From assembly GCF_016433145.1 (NCBI RefSeq), contig NC_058131.1, positions 138,045,794-138,109,793 on the forward strand: a stretch of 64,000 nt of DNA, given 5' to 3'. Source of the stretch: Gracilinanus agilis (lineage: Eukaryota). The notes below the pieces were generated by a model that had not been told where the DNA came from, did no database searches, and saw only the letters and a program-made list of their open reading frames with translations. This document shows positions 1 to 12,780 of this stretch, piece by piece. Position 1 is the first letter of the stretch. Every line of letters begins with the position of its first letter. Made by a program: the position numbers and the translations under genes.

Positions 1-29
1 TATTTGCCAAGTAATAATTATTATCTTAC

Positions 30-186
30 TTGATCCATCAACAACCTTGGAAAGAAGATAGCAAATTACCCCCATTTTATAGTTGAGAAAATGGAGACAG
101 AAAGAGGTTAGAGGACTTACCTGGTGACAATACACCTAGTAAGTTTCTGAGACAGGATTTGAATTTGGGTCTTGACCTGACTTAAG
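30..186 (-). mobile_element. MIR-family SINE remnant
   Basis: MIR core in reverse orientation (cccattttatagttgagaaa...ggatttgaatttgggtct). Confidence 0.7.
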
Positions 187-369
187 GTTGCCACATAGCT
201 GCACACATGAATACCTAACTATTCTGCAAGCAGGACAAAGTATTCTAGTTCCTATTTTGTAACTAGCAGGAGAAGTATGGTGTAATGAGTGTCATGTTGG
301 GATTGGAGTCAGCTAATAGTTCCTCCCAGAAGGAATCATTAGAGAGAACAAAAACAAAACCTTGACAGA

Positions 370-800
370 AAGGGAATATTATAGATATATTATCATTCCT
401 AGATTTTAGCAAAGAATTTGAAAAAGTATCATGCTATTAGAGAATTCAGAAACTCAAAACCCAACACTCAATTCACTCCACCATGCTGCTCTGATGATCA
501 ATCATTGCACATTTATTAAGTGCCTTGTATGTGTCAAGCACTATGCTAATTTCTGACTAGCTATAAAATGGGGATAAAACAAATTACGCGGTCTACATTA
601 TAGTTTTCAAGATGATTTAGGCTGAAATCTAACTGACTTCTAACACTTAAAAGCAGGGTGATAGTGGACATCATTTAAAACTTTTCAGTGATCCCATGGA
701 ACTCTCTAAATCTTTGTTGTCTGGACAGCTGCTGAACTGGTTGGTAAAAGGAGCTTCTTTACCCTGAATTTCCTTCACCATAAATCACCAGGGGCGACAA
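370..800 (+). mobile_element. CR1/L3 LINE RT fragments (about 370-425 and 715-800)
   Basis: ctagattttagcaaagaatttgaaaaagt encodes an LDFSKxFxKV-like CR1 RT motif. Confidence 0.5.
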
Positions 801-837
801 AAAACTCAATGGATAGATTAGAAGACAACTACATACC

Positions 838-1045
838 ACTACTTCTCAAAATGTGGTCTGGGGCCCCCTGGGAGTTACTGAAAACTCTTTAAGAGATCTG
901 TGAGGTCAAAATTATTTTCATGAAAATGCTGTTGATATTTTAATTTCTAATGAGGTAAATGTTAATATATATAAAACATACTAATAAAAGCTTTTATGAG
1001 GTCTTCAAAAAATTTAAGAGTATAGAGTGTCTTTGAGAACTGCTA
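838..1045. mobile_element. Old non-autonomous hAT-Charlie (MER-type) DNA transposon
   Basis: cttctcaaaatgtggtctgggg...tgaggtcaaaattattttca...tgagaactg resembles Charlie-group MITE ends. Confidence 0.5.
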
Positions 1046-1104
1046 TTGTAGGCATAATATGCCTAGCTTTCAGGAATGATTTAATAAAAGTAATCAATCA
1101 CCTA

Positions 1105-1310
1105 AGTAGCATAGCGAATGGAGCACTGTACCTAGAGTCAGGAAGACCTAAATTCAAATCCTGTTTCACTTACTAGCTATGTGTCCCTGGACGAATAATT
1201 TAACTTCTGTCTGTTTTAGTTAGTTCATATGTAAAAATGAGGATAATAACACCTGCCTCCCAGGGTTGATGTGAGGGACAATATTTGGAAAGCATTTTTC
1301 AAACGTTAAA
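1105..1310 (+). mobile_element. MIR SINE
   Basis: tRNA-like head (agtcaggaagacctaaattcaaatcc) plus core (catatgtaaaaatgaggataata). Confidence 0.75.
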
Positions 1311-1690
1311 GGGGGTGAAAAGAAAAGGAAAGATATAAACCTTTGTGTAGTACCTATTATGTGCCAGGCCCTGTGCTGATAACCCTAATCTTCTAGAGGA
1401 ACTAGTGACCCTAACATTCTATAGAGGAAATTAGTCCAAGAAAAAATTCTTTTAATAAAAGTATCAGTCTATGACAAGAAAAAGGTGAATTGCCTAAAAA
1501 GACTGATTGTGGCCAAAAAGGAGAATTCAGTAATTAACTCGTTTTTTTTAAAATAGGAGAAAGAGTAGTTGATTGAGAATGAATACAAAAGAATAAAATA
1601 GTCCTATAAAAACAGTGTAAAGTAAGAGTGCTAAAGCCCAAGCAGACTAAAGTTTATGTTGAATGCTAGGAAGGCTTTTTGTTTGTTTTT

Positions 1691-3386
1691 TATTATTTTT
1701 TTCCAGATTTAAATATTTTATTTTTTTAGAAAAATTTTCCATGGTTACATGATTCTTGTTTTTACTTTCCCCTTCATCGCCTTTCAAACCCTCCCCCCAT
1801 ATGCAATGCACATTTCCACTGCTTTTAACATGTGTGATCAGTCAAGACTTATTTACATATTATTGATAGTTGCATTGGTGTGGTCATTTAGTGTCTACAT
1901 CCCAAACGATGTCCACAACAACCCATGTGTTCAAGCAGTTGCTTTTCTTCTATGTTTCCACTCCCGCAGTTCTCCCTCTGAATGTGGGTAGTGTTCTTTA
2001 CCATAAATCACTCAGAATTGTCCTGGGTCATTGCTTTGCTGCCAGTACAGAAGTCCATTATATTCAATTTTACCACAGTGTATCAGTCTCTGTGTACAAT
2101 GTTCTTCTGGCTCTGCTCCTTTCACTCTGCATCAATTCCTGGAGGTCTTTCAAGTTCACATGGAATTCCTCCAGTTCATTATTTCTTTGAGCACAGCAAT
2201 ATTCCATCACCAACATATGCTACAATTTGTTCCGCCATTCCCCAATTGAAGGGCATACCCTCGTTTTCCAATTTTTTTGCCACCACAAAAAGCGCAGCTA
2301 TAAATATTTTTGTGCAAGTCTGTTTATCTATGATCTCTTTGGGGTACAAACCCAGCAATGCTATGGCTGGATCAAAGGGCAGGCACTCTTTTAGAGCTCT
2401 TTGGGCATAGTTCCAAATTGCCATCCAGAATAGTTGGATCAGTTCACAACTCCACCAGCAGTGCATTAATGCCCCAATTTTGCCACATCCCCTCCAACAT
2501 TCACTACTCTCCCCTGCTATCATTTTAGCTAATCTGCTAGGTGTGAGGTGGTACCTCAGAGTTGTTTTGATTTGCATTTCTCCAATTATTAGAGATTTAG
2601 AACACTTTCTCATGTGCTTATTGATAGTTTTGATTTATTTATCTGAAAATTGCCTATTCATGTCCCTTGCCCATTTATCGATTGGGGAATGGCTTGATTT
2701 TTTTTATACAATTGATTTATCTCCTTGTATATTTGAGTAATTAGACCCCTGTCAGAGTTTTTTGTTATAAAGATTTTTTCCCCAGTTTGTTGTTTCCCTT
2801 CTGATTTTGGTTGCATTGTTTTTGTTTGTACAAAAACTTTTTAATTTAATATGATCAAAATTGTTTTACATTTTTTATTATTTTTTATATTTTATTATTT
2901 CATTATTTAAATTTTTTACATTTTGAAATTTTTTTCTAACTCTTGCTTGGTTTTAAAATTTTTAATTTAAAATTTTAAAATTTTCCCTTACCCATAGATC
3001 TAACAGGTATACTATTCTATGTTCACCTAATTTACTTATAGTTTCCTTTTTTATAGTCAAGTCATTCACCCATTCTGAATTTATCTTGGTGTAGGGTGTG
3101 AGATGTTGATCTAAACCTAATCTCTCCCATATTGTTTTCCAATTTTCCCAACAGATTTTGTCAAATAGTGAATTTGTGCCCCCAAAATTGGGATCTTTGG
3201 GTTTATCTGTCTTGCTGACATCACTTACCTCAAGTCTATTCCACTGATCCTCCCTTCTGTCTCTTAGCCAGTACCATATTGTTTCGATGACTTCTGCTTT
3301 ATAGTATAGTTTAATATCTGTTACTGCTAGGCCACCTTCCTTCACGTTTTCTTTTCATTATTTCCCTTGATATTCTCGATCTTTTG
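1691..3386 (-). mobile_element. 5'-truncated opossum-type L1 (ORF2 C-terminus plus 3'UTR)
   Basis: Minus-strand ORFs 2962-3345 and 2179-2613 give L1 ORF2 motifs (DIKLYYKA, HLTPYTKINSEW, TTLRYHLTP, HCWWSC, PFDPAIALLGLYPKEI). Poly-T at the left end. 15-bp TSD tttttgtttgttttt at 1676-1690 and 3387-3401. Confidence 0.95.
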
Positions 3387-3809
3387 TTTTTGTTTGTTTT
3401 TAAAAGGATATAGGTTGTAGCTTGTTTTTCAAATTTGATGTGAGGACCAGAGAAGGAAGAGGAACAATGATTTTGGTAAATGAGATTGATGATTATAGGA
3501 GATGAGGAGAAGACTTTGATTTTTTTTCTCAGTTTCTCTGCCAAGGAAAATCATCTCTGAATTGGAAGTAAGAATAGAAATGGTTACTGCATCATTCTAA
3601 CGAAAGACAAATAAAGAGATAAAAAGAGCCTACCTAATCGCCCTAAGTAATTTCCATTCACTAATTCCAGTTCACTAATTCTACCATTCTCCATCCTCAA
3701 GTACTGGCAGTTATGATTGCTCAGCAACCGGCAGTGATTTTTGCCTTTACCATGACTGTCTTTCAGGCCTGATTTGCCATTCTTTCTCACCTTGGTCTCT
3801 TGGGAATAT

Positions 3810-4060
3810 CTAATTTCCTTCAAGACTCAGTTCAAGTAATAGCTAATTTCTTCATCTTTCTCCACCCATTTAGTACATTCCTCCCCCAAAGTATCTCCTA
3901 TTCATTTGTATACTTTCTGCATATATAGATATATGTTCAAGTATTATCTCCTAAAGGGACTCATAAATTGCTTCATTATTTTGTATTTGTACTCCTGTAT
4001 CGACACAACGCCTGGCATTCGCTGGATTAAGTGTTTTATAAATACTTGTCAATTAATTGA
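3810..4060 (+). mobile_element. L2 LINE 3' end remnant
   Basis: ttccttcaagactcagttcaagt and a cctggca...aaatacttgtcaattaattga terminus. Confidence 0.6.
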
Positions 4061-4409
4061 CAAAATTCTGTAGCACATTATTAAGGAGATAGTCTGAGTA
4101 TTTAAAAGGAAATATTTAAAAGAATTGCTAAGAACTGTCATATCTTTAATAATAATAGATCATGCCATAATAAATGTAGACAGTGCAACTATATTTCAGG
4201 GAAAAAATGACAAAATCTATTTTACAGATATTATAGACAGATGTAGGGTAGAAATGTTTAGTTAAGCAGACCTGGAACTGCTTATGATTGACAAAGCATT
4301 GTGCATTCATTAAAGGGTAAAGTTGAAAGAAATTTTTAGTGAAGTTTTTCATTAATCAATCTTTGGTCCTGCGTATGTGTTTCTTAAATACTTTTTTCAA
4401 GACGTAAAG

Positions 4410-4960
4410 ACATAGAAGGCATGTTAAATTTGCAAATGACAGGAAGTTTGGAGCAATAGCTAATATATTGTTTGGCAAAGTCAGTATCTTAAAAGGCCTT
4501 TATAGTAACCTTTCACAGTACTATCAAGTTATTCATTCAGAAATCAGGATATACAATAGCTAACTTTTTAATTAAGTTCAGGCTAGTGTCTTTTTTTCCT
4601 TTATTTCCTTAAACAATAGTCAATTAAGACATTAAGAAATTAGCAGAATCTAGTAAAATGATTTTTTAAAAAAATAAATGGAATACTTTGGTTCAGAAAA
4701 ACTATTTCATTATTATTGAACAAGAGCTAGATTACAGGTCCTTTGGAAAATATCTCATAGTGTGGCGTGTCAGCCAAAAATATCTAGTACTACCTTAAGC
4801 TACATTAATAGAGCCTTAGTGTATAGAAAAGGGAAGATGATGATCCACTACACTCAGTCCTAGTCAAACCACATCTAGAATATGGTGTTCAGTTTAGGGG
4901 CTCACATTTTAGGAAAGTCTAGGTAGAATAGATTTTTTTCAAAGAAAAAAAAGACAAGCT
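4410..4960 (+). mobile_element. CR1/L3 LINE 3' ORF2 remnant
   Basis: aaatttgcaaatgacaggaagtttgga (KFADDTKLG-like) and ctagtcaaaccacatctagaatatggtgttcagttt (LVRPHLEYCVQF-like). Confidence 0.75.
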
Positions 4961-5379
4961 GGATAGAGGACAGGTAAAGTCTAAATTACTGGCCAGGAGG
5001 ACAGTGACCACACTTCCCCTTGTATCATACTACATTGGAGCACCAAATACTTATAGACCCCTTCCTCTACCCTGGGTGCAAAGCACAATTTTAACAAAGT
5101 TTTTTTCTTTTGTTTTGCTTTTATGAATAGATTTTTTTCCAGGTATCTCAACTCTTCCCTCTCCTCTCCACACCACAGAAAGCATCATCTAGCAATCTGG
5201 TTTATGTGTGTGTGTATGTATATGCATATGTATAATATCTTTCATGTTTCCACTTCTCAATTCATTCTCTGGAGGAGAACATTCACAAGTTATTCTTCAA
5301 ATGTTAAATTTGTGGCTGAATATGGGCTCTTGGTTCTACTCATTTCACTCTTCATCATCTCACATAGTTTTTTCTAAGT

Positions 5380-5890
5380 TTTAAAAATATTAATTTGAGT
5401 TCCTGGCCTAAGAGGATGATGGGGTGGAGAAATGTTATTGTTTGGAAGAGATATTCTGTAATATCTGAGGGTGACAGCCCTTCTGGAGTTCTTTCTCTTT
5501 CTCTTTTCTGCTTCATCACTACTGAAGTCTGCTTGAGATCCACCAGGTGTAAGTAAGCTTCGCAAGAAACCTATCCAATGATGTTTGTTTTTGTCTGTAT
5601 TTCAAAATTCATCTAATGTGGAAAATGGTCTGGTCATTCAGCAAATATATAATTCTGCTTGTTAAAGCTTTATCAAGGTGATATTTTTCAAGCTAGTTTT
5701 GTACTTCCACCAATTTTGCATGCATTTCCTTGATTAATGAAGTAGGGACATCCTCCTTTGCCTCCTCCTGACCTGAATAAAACTCCCCCCCCCACTAGCT
5801 TTTGCTGCTCCCTTTGAAGTTCCTGCAGTTCCTCAGTGTTGAGTTCTTCTTTATGCTCCTGAACTAACACATGATTGTTTCTGCTGGAGT
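5380..5890 (-). mobile_element. Tigger/pogo DNA transposon remnant (transposase C-terminus)
   Basis: Minus-strand translation HKEELNTEELQELQREQQ...LEKYHLDKALTSRII...ILKYRQKQTSLDRFL matches Tigger-type transposase C-termini. Confidence 0.75.
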
Positions 5891-5892
5891 AG

Positions 5893-6478
5893 GCATATGC
5901 TTTTTTCAATAGATGCAGAAAAAGCCTTTGACAAAACACAACATTTATTCCTATTAAAAACACTCAGGAGCATAGGAATAAATGGAGCTTTCTTTAAGAG
6001 GATAACTAGTATTTATCTAAAACTATTAAGAAGCATTATTTGTAATAGGGATAAACTTGATGCCTTTTCATTAAGATTAGAGATGGAGCAAGGATTACTA
6101 GTATCAGTACTATTTAATATTGTATTAGAAAGGCTATATTTAGCAATAAGAGAAGAAAAAGAAATGGAAGGAATTAGAATAATCATTGATGAAACAAAAA
6201 TATCACTCTTTGTAGATGATATGATGGTAGGTTTAGAAAATCATAAAGGATCAACTAAAAAACTAGTTGTAGTATATATGTAAATCATTAGCATTTCTCC
6301 ATATTATCAACACAGTTCAACTGAAAGAAATAGAGATGCCATTTAAAGAAACTGCATATAATATATAGTACTTGAGAGTATATATGTCGAGACAAACCCA
6401 GAAACTATATGAATAGAATTACAAAACACTTTTCACATGAATAAAGTCATATCTAAACAATTGGAGAAACATTAACTT
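5893..6478 (+). mobile_element. Old L1 ORF2 RT fragment
   Basis: SIDAEKAFDK...FLLKTL, LFNIVLE..AIREEKE.EGI, SLFVDDMMV.LEN are L1 RT motifs. Confidence 0.9.
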
Positions 6479-6841
6479 CAGGCTAGCCTACTTTCCTTAG
6501 GGTCCTAGGTGGTATAAAGGAGAATGTGTCCCCTGGGTTTTGGGTGGGAAGAGGAACATTAGTTCTCTCTCCTCTCCCTCTTTCTCTCTCACTTTTTTAC
6601 TCTATATTCAAAATAAATATCATTTTGGTAAAAACAAATTTATATGAATTTACTAAACATAACAAAGGCATTAATTTTGAGTGCTTGTGGGAAAATACAC
6701 TGAAATGGAGGTTCAAAATGATGGCCTTAGAGAAAGGATTAGCTCAAATTTTTATTGTTACTTTAATTGATTGATTGAACACTTCTGGGCCTTTTGTTTT
6801 TACATTAATTGGGTTTGAGGTAGAAAGTTATACTCTTACAC

Positions 6842-7569
6842 TGTGATAATGAGATTAAATCTACCTTGCCCATCCTTAATCTAATCACCAAAGGTGAGAA
6901 CATCCCCACTTAATTCACAAGTTGGAAGGTATGTGACCCACTTGTGCAAGAGTGAGTGATGAATCAAAATTTACTGAGTGCCTCCTGGGCAGTCCTAAGA
7001 AAAGTGTCTGTTGTGATTAGACATATAAACAAAGAGGAAGGCACAGGAAATGATGCAAAATAAGCCCCTTTAAAAACAGAGTTCAGTGAGTTCAGCTTCT
7101 TCTTGTTCATGACTTAGACCTGGAGAAGCATGGGACCTGGGACCCTGAAACCTTGGTGAGACCATTCTTAAATCTTTCCCTTAGAACTACATGTGGTGAA
7201 TGAAGAAGACTGACTGACTACCTTAACTTCCCTGGAGGTACTAGCCTCTGGGAGGCTCCCTTGATTGGGAGAAGCCCTAGTGTCCAAACCCCTTGTTAAT
7301 TGATTTTGGGGCTCTCTGACTGGGCCTCTGGAGCCCTGCTGGAGTAAAGCCCAGACTTGAATACAAATCTAGTTGTTAGATCTCTTACTCTTCTTCTCTT
7401 CTCTACTCTACTCTACTACCCTCTTCTCATCTCTCTACTTCCACTCTCTCCTATATTTTGTAAATAAATTACTAAAATCATCTTAGGAATTGGTATTTAT
7501 TCAGTTCCTTGGTGACCACACCTTTAAATATTAATATATCCAATCAAAAAACCACTTTTCCCTCTTACA
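6842..7569 (+). mobile_element. Solo ERV LTR (family A)
   Basis: TGTGATAATGAG...CCTCTTACA termini and AATAAA near 7463. The first about 100 bp match the reverse complement of the right end of the 16964-17645 element. Confidence 0.8.
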
Positions 7570-7639
7570 CATGAATATATGAAAGATTCAACACATAATT
7601 TTAAAAAGGCATTTATCTTTCATCATAGAATCTATACTA

Positions 7640-7800
7640 TGTATTGCTTCCAAGGCAGAAGAGTAGTGAGGGCTAGGCAATGGGAGTAAAGTGACTTAAC
7701 CTAGGGTCATACAGCTAGAAAGTGCCTGAGGCCAGAACTAAACCCAGGACTCCCCATATCTAGGCATGGCTTTATATCTACTGAGCCACCCAGTTCCCCC
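7640..7800 (-). mobile_element. SINE-1_MD/MdoSINE-type SINE
   Basis: ttccaaggcagaagagtagtgagggctaggcaatggg...actgagccacccagttcccc. Confidence 0.85.
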
Positions 7801-8852
7801 TAATTTATAACTTTGAAATCCATCTTGCTTTCCTTTATTTCCTTTTAGCTGATCTTCTGAAGTATGAACTTGAATATTTTGAGATCTTGAAAAAAGATCC
7901 CATTAAATTCTAATCATTTAGAGAAAAAGTAGACTAATATTTTGGTACTGATGACAGTATTGAGTAAATAGTTATTAAATGAATGAATGAATATATGTAT
8001 GTATGTACAGAATGAATGACAACTAAAAGCAATTGATGCATAGTGAAAAGGAGTTAGCTCATTTATTTCCCTTGTAGTTTCTTTTTAATTAATACGTTAT
8101 TCTTGCTCAGATCCAATTATACCTAAAAATTGTTTTAGTCTAGAAAGACCAAAAAAATCTCAATAAAATAAATGAATACTAACTTATTTATTAAATGTAT
8201 AAAGGTCTTCTTTCAGAAGATCAGTTCCATCTGTGCCATAATGTAGGATACAGCCTAAAATTTCCCAAATCTTTGGTATTATTATGTTTTTGTGGTGATT
8301 TGCTTATTTCTTTTGAAAGTGGATTAACAAAAGGTAATTCAATTTCAATTGAAGATTTGGGTTAGTTGAATTCCTGTTAGCAATGATTTCTCTGTACATA
8401 ATATTGCTCCATGCCCTATAAGTGGCCTGTGTCTTTAGATTAAATAAACTCAAGGAGAATAAAATCAGTTTTCAAAAATGTTAGTAAATTTATTATGTTT
8501 TTCTGTCCTTATATGTCTTCTCCTGTCTTTCCTCCAAAAGAGACTGTTATTCAACACACTATGTTCATATATACTGAATAGCACTATATACAAGTCTGAT
8601 GGTAGTAGTTGCAACAGGATACTTTATTAATTAAAAAAACCTCAAAACTATCTATAATCTCATCGATTTGAAGTGATAGCATAATCTAGATGATAACTCA
8701 TCCATGTCTTCCCACCCTATGGGACTTATGTTCATGTCCTCTTATTCATTCATAAAAGGGAGTCCATCAAACATCATGGTGCTCTTCCTTCCTTTTTCTT
8801 GGCATTATAAGAGAATGGGTGCATCATTGGTTGTCCAGCTATCAAGTCTCAC

Positions 8853-9003
8853 CTTCTCACTTTGGCCAGTATCACTACTCTTCATTCTTTTATTATATCT
8901 TTACTCCAATTCTCTGGAATTCTTCATTGCTTATATTTTGCTGCTTGCTCATGCCCATCATTCACCCCTCTGCTGCCCTCTGTGTGATATTCATTGTTTA
9001 ATT
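8853..9003 (-). pseudogene. Candidate degenerate exon of the - strand gene
   Basis: ctctaaag|AATTAAAC...GAGAAG|gtgaga. 151 nt, ELNNEYHTEGSRGVNDGHEQAAKYKQ*RIPENWSKDIIKE*RVVILAKVR. Confidence 0.35.
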
Positions 9004-9829
9004 CTTTAGAGATCATTGTATTTCATATCTTATTGCTCTAATGGAACATAAGATAATTTTTAAATGAGCCTTTGCTTTCATGGGAAAGATAGATTTATGA
9101 AAGGAACATTGCAATTTTCTGAGGTCAATCTAACCTATCTCTTTCTTCTGCCCAACTCTACTCCCAATTTCTTATATCTTGTATATGTTATATGTATAAT
9201 TTATATATTCATTATCTATATGATAATTACATATTATATATATAAAATATAAAATAAATATCTTTATTTCCTAGACTACATTACCTACTGAATGACAAGC
9301 TCCTTTAGATTACCCATCCAAGTTCATACTGTGATCAGGACTTTGGATATCATTAATGTAGGAAATGCCCAGATTGGAGATTCTTCTCCATCAGCCTCAA
9401 TTGTAGCTAAGATATTTTCCAGCATCACTGAGAGGTTAAGTTACTTACCCATGGTCACACAGCCAATGTATTTCAGAGGCAGGAAATGAAACTCTTCCTT
9501 CTTGGCTCCAAGGCCATACTATTCTTTCCACTATGCCATGGTACATCTTGTGCAAATAATAAAAGAAGTAATTAAAAGAAATTCAGTTAAGCAGGAGGGA
9601 GAATTCTTAGTATAGTGGCTCACAGATGGGTGTTATTAACAATATGTACCATCTGGTAGCTTCATATTTTAACCAATTATTCTTACTAACTAGGAGCTAT
9701 GTGTAGTCATTTATACGCCCCTGAAGGAGTCTGTATTATCAACATGAATATGTATTAAGTTTTTAAATTACACAATCTTTAAAAATTACCATTTAACTTT
9801 TTTGTACTCTCTAAATCTTTCTGTTCTTA

Positions 9830-10290
9830 GAAAAGCCTGAGATGCCCTACCTGAAACATAGGTCTGCATAACACATGGGTCAGAGAATCTCACTCCTTTG
9901 CTCAAGCACCTGAAATAACTTCTAGCTATTTAAGGGATAAAATAGAAATTCCTGATCCTGCCATTTATGAACCCAACCTTGAATTTGGACTCAAATGTAT
10001 TTCATACCATTTGCCTTTGCTTGCTTTTCATCTAAGTAAAATTGGAATAAAGGCTTTGTCCTGCCCCCTCTCACCTTTGTGTATTTGTACAGACCATAGA
10101 CCATAATGGATACCCGCTCTCTGCACATTCTGTGCCCTTCTTATCCTTCAGTGTTCAGCTCAAGTGCGACTTTTCAGATGGCATCTAAGAACTCCCTCGC
10201 TTGGAGTAATGCCTCCTTTCTTAAATTCCCCAAGTTTTTCTTTGAAATCTCTTATATGCCCAGCACTTTCATATTTGTATTCTAACAATT
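9830..10290 (+). mobile_element. L2 LINE remnant
   Basis: tcactcctttgctcaagcacc...ccttcagtgttcagctcaagt are typical L2 3' motifs. Confidence 0.6.
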
Positions 10291-10319
10291 TGTTTAAATG
10301 CTTTATCCCTTGGCAGCTG

Positions 10320-10540
10320 CAGGGGATAGAATGCTGGTCTTGGAGTCAGGAAGATCTTTTTCCTGAGTTCAAATCTGATCATAGACACTTAAGCTATGTG
10401 ACAAGTTACTTAACCCCATTGCCTCAGTTTCCTCATCTGTAAAATGAGCTGGAGAAGGAAATGACGAACCACTCTAGTGTCTCAGCCACAAAAACCCCAA
10501 ATGAGGTCAGGAAGAGTCAGATGTGACTGAAAGCAACAAC
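10320..10540 (+). mobile_element. Mar1/MIR-type CORE-SINE
   Basis: ggagtcaggaagatc...gagttcaaatc...cctcagtttcctcatctgtaaaatgagctggagaaggaaatgacgaaccactctagtgtc. Confidence 0.85.
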
Positions 10541-11780
10541 TATAGATTGATAGACACACATAAATAAATATATTTTCCAGAGTTATAATATCTGAGTTGA
10601 AGTTATATATTATCAAAAATGTGAACTAGTCAGCAGTTCCAGAGAAAATATGGAAATAAATGCTGCACTACTTTCTATCCCCCCCAGATGAATATGTACA
10701 ATTAGTGCAAGAAGAGTGATATTAGGAAGTTATTTTTAGTTTTATCTTATGAAGAGATTAAGAAACAAAAATGTGGTTGATAAACCCATATATCTAGAAC
10801 CTATGTCTCTAAATGTGACATAATAGAAAGATGCTTATTTACCCAGACATGCTAACAAATTGCAGTACTTTACAATTTTAATGGGTCTAGGCTCTCAACA
10901 AAATTAGAATTACCTATTGCAGTATAGATTATTACTCACCCTTACCTTCCTATCACTTGTAATTCCTGTCTATTTCATCCCATATAGCTTTGTTAATATA
11001 TGCCCAATATACTACTGCTTTTGCTCTAGGTCTTCTCATATTTCTCAGATATCAGCGAATGTATGAGTGAAAAAAAATTATTACTTGCTTAGTTTGTACC
11101 AGGTAGTGTGCTAAGTCCAAGTGATATGAATGGGGGAAAAAAGACAGACACATTATTCCTAAACAAAATATACTATATCACCTTTTATGCCTAAGTCATC
11201 AACGGTAATATCCTACAAGCAACTTATATCTATCTTACATTTTACTTTGCCTTTTCATCACTTGTAATTTTTTATTCTTCAGAGATTTCATTGTTTCTTA
11301 TGGCTACCTGTGACTGTGGGTGATGGATGGGTAATACCTTTAGTATGTGCAAAAATAATTCTCATTAAAATGTCATAAAGGTATGAATGTAGGTAAGTGA
11401 TTTGGCAGGTGCTTATATCTTCTCATATACTTTTTGTTTTCTTTTTTGTTTTGTTTTTGTAATAATATTGCCCTTGATATTTTTACTAATTATTTGCTAT
11501 CTTCCTCTGTGAGAGATGTCCTTTTAAATTTTATTTTTATTGGCATGTTTTTACATCATTCATCTCTTAATGTACCCTCCATTTCCTATCCAATGAGCTT
11601 TTCTTTTAACAAAGATTTTAAAAGAAAGAAAAAAGCAATTCAGTAAAATCAACCAATATGTCAACTGTATCTAACAGTGTTTATACTATTTCATACTCCT
11701 ATCCTCCATCTCTGTTGAGGGTGGGGTGGAAGTACTAGTCTTATCTCATTATAATAATATTCTTCAAATTTGTTCTGTTA

Positions 11781-12545
11781 TGTCACAACTGTGGGATAGG
11801 TTTATATGGGGGAGGAAAAGTAACATGGAAAGAGGCTTTTTTTCTAGTAGGTTCATGAAATCTTAATAGTCCACTGAGAGGCACAGATACAAATAAGTAT
11901 TACTAGCCTTGGTACCTTGGTTTATCCCTTGAGGAAGGGGTTCTTGGTTGGGTCAGGTAGATTAAACCTGATTCTTTGGATACTCTCTGGGAAAGATCAC
12001 ACTGGGAACAAGTAGGGAATAATGCATCAATAATGCTTCAAAAAGACACAGAGAATACAAAGGCAAGTGGCATAGGGAAAAATAGGGGGGGGGAGGGAGT
12101 CATATAGTGTCATTTACCTAATTGCAGTTGGATCAGTGGGGAAGCATGGATCCATAGGTGGAGGAGTGCTTAAAGAACAGGGTTTTGGGGTCACACTCTT
12201 ATAGGGTTCTGGTGAGGGTATGGTCTAACTCTTACCCATAGCATCTTGGGGATTATTCTTTGACATATCAAATATTATCTCAAAGTTATCGATGCCAGTT
12301 ACTTAATTTGAATAACATTTCTCTAGTTTTACTATTCATGTATAAAGCTTATCTGTAGCTTAGAAACTAAGAGGCCATCTTTAGGACCAAGGCAGCTATT
12401 ATATTGGACCCTAGCTGTATTCTCCTAATTTAGTACATAATCTATGGATGTGACCTTAATTAATTTAGGAGGCAATTTTGGAAAGTGGCTTCTCTGTTCC
12501 CTTTTAAACTCTTAATTCTGATTTCCCATTAATTTTTACCTTACA
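11781..12545 (-). mobile_element. Probable solo ERV LTR
   Basis: TG...CA termini (tgtcacaac...ccttaca), about 760 bp, LTR-like composition. TSD not resolved and strand tentative. Confidence 0.55.
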
Positions 12546-12569
12546 CTGTCTACCTATATACCCACTAAC

Positions 12570-12780
12570 TATATTAAGTGGTGGGATGGTTGGGGAGTTC
12601 CATGGCAAGATATAATTTCAACACAAGATGCATCACAATTTTTATTTCCATTATAGTAATCATTGTATGTTTTGCTTCAGTACTGTTTTACTGTAAAGTA
12701 AAGCACTACAATAATTCTTCACTCTTCATGAATTCTTATGTCTTCCCATGCATCGTGTGTTATGGCATTGTATTCGTATA
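12570..12780 (-). pseudogene. Candidate degenerate exon (3' boundary uncertain)
   Basis: gattacag|TATACGAA. The phase-1 frame reads VYEYNAITHDAWEDIRIHEE*RIIVVLYFTVKQY*SKTYNDYYNG. Confidence 0.35.

Noticed and set aside
1749-3345. Several 70-144 aa ORFs as genes
   Set aside because: They are sense or antisense frames of the L1 copy.
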